Below are positions 27,147 to 29,897 of a stretch of DNA of 29,897 nt, piece after piece. Source of the DNA: a virus; the UHGV virus genome UHGV-1792943; one strand, written 5' to 3'. Positions within the stretch are counted from its first letter, which is position 1. Every line of letters begins with the position of its first letter. A program made the position numbers and the translations under genes. The notes under the pieces were generated by a model. That model made no database searches. It was not told the origin of the DNA and saw nothing but the letters and a program-made list of their open reading frames with translations.

Positions 27147-27315
27147 AGGCTGATGTGCCGCAACTACAGTAGTGCGCGCTTTGCGGGGCTTGCTACAACC
27201 CTGTGTCGGAATTCAGCACCGACCATCACAGTTTGATTCTCTGGCATGAGCATAACGCTGAAATAAGTCCAGTCTGGTGCGGTCTGATCACCCGCCGTTA
27301 GCTCCACGATACGGA

Positions 27316-27416
27316 GCGCACAACAGGTAAGAGTATTTGTAGAGTTCGACTCTCTACCGTGGGCTTTTTCCCGCGATGCGAGCCATAAATGCTCTTTCCG
27401 TTGTGGTGAATGCGCG
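27316..27416 (+). repeat. hairpin family member H4, with an internal perfect T-arm-like hairpin (gtagag-ttcgact-ctctac)
   Basis: Arms GCGCACAACAGGTAAGAGTATTTG / AAATGCTCTTTCCGTTGTGG, tail TGAATGCGCG. Confidence 0.55.
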
Positions 27417-27558
27417 TTGCTAGCGCGCAAGTCCGCCCTATGGCAACGAGGCGGCGTAGTAAATATCGATGCCTCAGTCATCAAGCGCACTGACCGGCCT
27501 TATGGGCTATGAAAAAAAGAGGCGCAGTCGGAGTTCAGCACCGACCATCACAATCACT

Positions 27559-27645
27559 GGAGAGTAGGGAGCATGGTGCTCAAGCGGTCTTGAAAACCGT
27601 CCCATTGCGCAAGCGATGATGGTTCGATTCCATTACTCTCCGCCA
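27559..27645 (+). tRNA. tRNA-Ser-like (anticodon TGA), type II with long variable arm
   Basis: Acceptor ggagagt / actctcc, anticodon stem gcggt / accgt with loop cttgaaa, T-loop ttcgatt, CCA. The D-arm is not perfectly canonical. Confidence 0.45.
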
Positions 27646-27768
27646 GCGCAACGTTAAGAGTATTTGGCTAATTAAGCGAATGCCGGAAGCAGAACCGGAT
27701 CACCAAATGCGTACAGGCGTCATCGCCGCCCAGTCAGCCAAATGCTCTTACCATTGCGGTGAATGCGG
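27646..27768 (+). repeat. hairpin family member H5
   Basis: Arms GCGCAACGTTAAGAGTATTTGGC / GCCAAATGCTCTTACCATTGCGG, tail TGAATGCGGC; starts at the base after the tRNA-Ser-like CCA. Confidence 0.55.
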
Positions 27769-27936
27769 CTAAGCGCACGCGGAACAGTTAAAACAGTAAA
27801 GGTGGTCTTTTTACTGGCGTAACGAGAATCCATAAGTGATCCGGCGTTAATTGTTAACTGGTTAACGTCACCGGGAGGCACCCGGCACCGCAACCTAACA
27901 GCAATGGCGTTTTGTCTTAAAAGGTGGCTGCAAGTG

Positions 27937-28065
27937 ATGGATTTTTGGGCGTTTGCCGATAAAAACCCGGAGTGGACATTATTGTTTCTGCTGGTGGTTG
28001 CATACGGGGTAGAGCAAGCGGCAAAAGCCTTACGCGGTTCTGGCAAAAAGCGTAAGCGTAATTAA
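27937..28065 (+). CDS. 42-aa small membrane peptide (MDFWAFADKNPEWTLLFLLVVAYGVEQAAKALRGSGKKRKRN)
   Basis: SD AAGGTGG 8 nt upstream of the ATG; one hydrophobic helix and a basic tail; absent from the ORF track because it is under 60 aa. Confidence 0.35.
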   Translation: MDFWAFADKNPEWTLLFLLVVAYGVEQAAKALRGSGKKRKRN

Positions 28066-28074
28066 CAGTAATCT

Positions 28075-28150
28075 GGCCCTTTAGCTCAGTGGTTAGAGCG
28101 GGCGACTCATAATCGCACGGTCACCGGTTCAAGTCCGGTAGGGGCCACCA
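28075..28150 (+). tRNA. tRNA-Ile2 (anticodon CAT, lysidine type)
   Basis: Near-identical to the enterobacterial ileX-type tRNA as recalled: acceptor ggccctt / aggggcc, anticodon loop ctcataa, T-loop ttcaagt, CCA. Confidence 0.8.
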
Positions 28151-28329
28151 CATTTGGTTGTAACACGGCGTATGGCACATGCGTCGTTAGCGGTCTGGTG
28201 TAGCTGTTAGGTACCTTTTACTAACACTGCATGGGCACACCAGGTAGCCGGAATGTGCAAGCCCCGTTCATAGCGTCGGACTGCGGATTCACCATCCTGG
28301 CGATTCGGTGTGACAGCCGGAAGAGCACG

Positions 28330-28391
28330 GCGTACAACAGGAAAAGGCGTTTAATTAGCGTGAGCGCCGTTTCCGTTGTGGTAATTGCGGC
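28330..28391 (+). repeat. hairpin family member H6 (short-loop version)
   Basis: Arms ACAACAGGAAAAGGCG / CGCCGTTTCCGTTGTGG, tail TAATTGCGGC. Confidence 0.5.
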
Positions 28392-28602
28392 TATGCGCTC
28401 GTAACGAAGCCATTTTCATTCACTACGTTCTGATAAGGGTCGTCCCGGGGCGTGGCTACCCGGGCAGGGGGGGGCCCCCCCGCCACAACTCCTTTCAATT
28501 CATCATATAGCCGCTCAGGCTGTAACCCTTAATTAATACGAAGTTACGACGTCACTACCGGTTCAGCCGGGGGATAGTCGCGCGTGTAAAAAAGGAGACG
28601 TT

Positions 28603-29178
28603 ATGTTAACGGCGAACGATAACGCGTATTTAGAAGATGATCTCGTTTTGAGTGACTTTATAGGGCGACGAGAATGCTGGACGCAAAAGCGCGAGGAGCT
28701 TTATGCAGCGTTAGTTCGTAAAGGCGTCAACATCGAAACCGCACAGAACGGTGATATGACAGTGGTAAGTGTTGGACTGCACGGCGTAAGTGTGTCAGCA
28801 ATCAATCATGAGCCGTACATTGCGTTATCCGAGTCGATGGTAAGGTTAGTTAAGTTCCTGAAGTACACAGAAGCGAATAACGTGCTCATTGCCAAAAAGA
28901 ACATCCCGTTCTCATCGGCCTTTTACTGGATGATGAAGGGGCTTGATGCCCGGCGAACATCATGGCCTAAAGGGAGCTATATATCGATGCTCCGTGGCAG
29001 TGTTGGTAGCAAAGAAAAGCTCGTCGAATTCCTGCCGGAAGAGGCATTCGATATTGTTGAAGGTTGTGATGTGATGGTTATGCCTCGCCTGGTAATGATG
29101 AATGGGGATTTACAGGCGCAGACAGACTGGTTTGCAACTGGAGTTGATATTATCGCTACTGACTGGGAGGTTTTTTGA
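28603..29178 (+). CDS. hypothetical protein with C-terminal DUF2829 (Tad2)-like domain (191 aa)
   Basis: SD AGGAG. C-terminal half carries ARRTSWPKG and AQTDWFATGVDIIATDWEVF, matching the two small ORFs at 13893 and 23628. Confidence 0.6.
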   Translation: MLTANDNAYLEDDLVLSDFIGRRECWTQKREELYAALVRKGVNIETAQNGDMTVVSVGLHGVSVSAINHEPYIALSESMVRLVKFLKYTEANNVLIAKKNIPFSSAFYWMMKGLDARRTSWPKGSYISMLRGSVGSKEKLVEFLPEEAFDIVEGCDVMVMPRLVMMNGDLQAQTDWFATGVDIIATDWEVF

Positions 29179-29558
29179 TGTACGAGGCTACTAAATTACG
29201 CACTGAGGATGCGATGCACATTGGTTGGGACATCATCACCTGCAAGATAACATCATGCAAGGCTACACGCACAGACGCCGGACACAAGAGCACAATATCA
29301 GGTTATGTCGTGATGTCAGTCAGGAGTGTGCGCATACGCTTCAGATGGAAAGCCTGCCAGGTTACATCATCAATGCCGCTTACCGTCGAGCAGGATTATT
29401 TATGCTTACCCGAAATAGACGGAGCGTTGCTGGTGGGCAATAGTGGTCGAAAAGCCGATTTTGAAGCCAGTCTGAAGATGGCGCAGGCGGTGATCAACAA
29501 ACATAAAGGGAAGTGGGAGGCAAAAGTTAAGCATGTTGTTCGTTTATCCCGCTGGTAG
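29178..29558 (+). CDS. hypothetical protein (126 aa)
   Basis: TGATG coupling to the upstream gene; no motif recognised. Confidence 0.45.
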   Translation: MYEATKLRTEDAMHIGWDIITCKITSCKATRTDAGHKSTISGYVVMSVRSVRIRFRWKACQVTSSMPLTVEQDYLCLPEIDGALLVGNSGRKADFEASLKMAQAVINKHKGKWEAKVKHVVRLSRW

Positions 29559-29586
29559 TGTTAGCAAATTGATATTAATTTTCTAA
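29558..29586. promoter_or_regulatory. operator-like inverted pair (TGTTAGCAAA, 11 nt, TTTCTAAT)
   Basis: Same spacing as the 12603-12631 site; upstream of the partial gene at the right edge. Confidence 0.45.
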
Positions 29587-29665
29587 TACATCATGTTTTT
29601 GACAGTCTTCTCAGTATTAACAAGCTGATTATCATCCCCTCGGTCTTTTTCTATCCGGGGGATAA

Positions 29666-29897
29666 ATGGAGCAAATCAGTAGCGCCGAAATAGCGGATAT
29701 CATGATCAGGGCTAACTGCTATCTGACGGTCACCGAAATCACCAGCCGTGCAAAAGCACAATATCCTCACCTTCATGTGTCGCGCGTAAACGTAAATAAC
29801 ATCATACGTTTTTTTGTTCGTTCCAGTCGTGCCATTTGCGAAATAGACGACCGCGTATACCCCCGGAAATATTGGTTACATGGCCTGAATGGATACC
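29666..29897 (+). CDS. hypothetical protein, N-terminal part; 3' end outside the window
   Basis: ATG with SD GGGGGA; frame is open to the window end; preceded by an operator-like pair. Confidence 0.4.
   Translation, partial: MEQISSAEIADIMIRANCYLTVTEITSRAKAQYPHLHVSRVNVNNIIRFFVRSSRAICEIDDRVYPRKYWLHGLNGY

Noticed and set aside
27040-27150. Reading H3 as an additional complete tRNA gene (acceptor-like ggtaagg / ccttacc with an internal T-arm)
   Set aside because: No acceptable D-arm or anticodon arm could be folded and there is no encoded CCA; treated as a tRNA-like hairpin instead.
25800-28400. Possible CRISPR array suggested by the repeated hairpin elements
   Set aside because: The repeats are inverted-arm hairpins of variable length and spacing, not short identical direct repeats separated by unique spacers, and no cas genes are present.

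Overview
The window reads as about 30 kb of a P1-family temperate phage or phage-plasmid from an enterobacterial host; nothing here was searched against a database, so all calls rest on motifs, gene order and sizes read from the sequence. Left third: the 3' end of a tail-fibre assembly gene, a holin-like lysis pair, and a translationally coupled operon of large virion-type proteins whose sizes and order resemble the P1 darA operon (641, 122, 1013 and 97 aa), followed by a minus-strand two-gene HTH cassette, portal-like and protease-like genes, a putative DNA-binding gene carrying two internal 15-bp palindromes, and an immI-type immunity module (c4-like antisense RNA, icd-like ORF, antirepressor). 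Middle: a CHAP-like lysin, a lipoprotein, and a 2283-aa giant with N6-adenine methyltransferase and SF2 helicase motifs (DarB-like). Right third: small accessory genes including a VRR-NUC nuclease and three DUF2829 (Tad2)-like domains, plus an RNA-dense locus of about 3 kb with five tRNA genes interleaved with a family of six long conserved hairpins. Two dispersed motif classes recur upstream of genes: a TGTTAGAAA / TTTCTAACA palindromic operator-like site at eight places, and an AAATCACACACT-like element 38-44 nt upstream of five late-type genes. The best candidates for undescribed biology are the tRNA-linked hairpin family and the three DUF2829-like domains.
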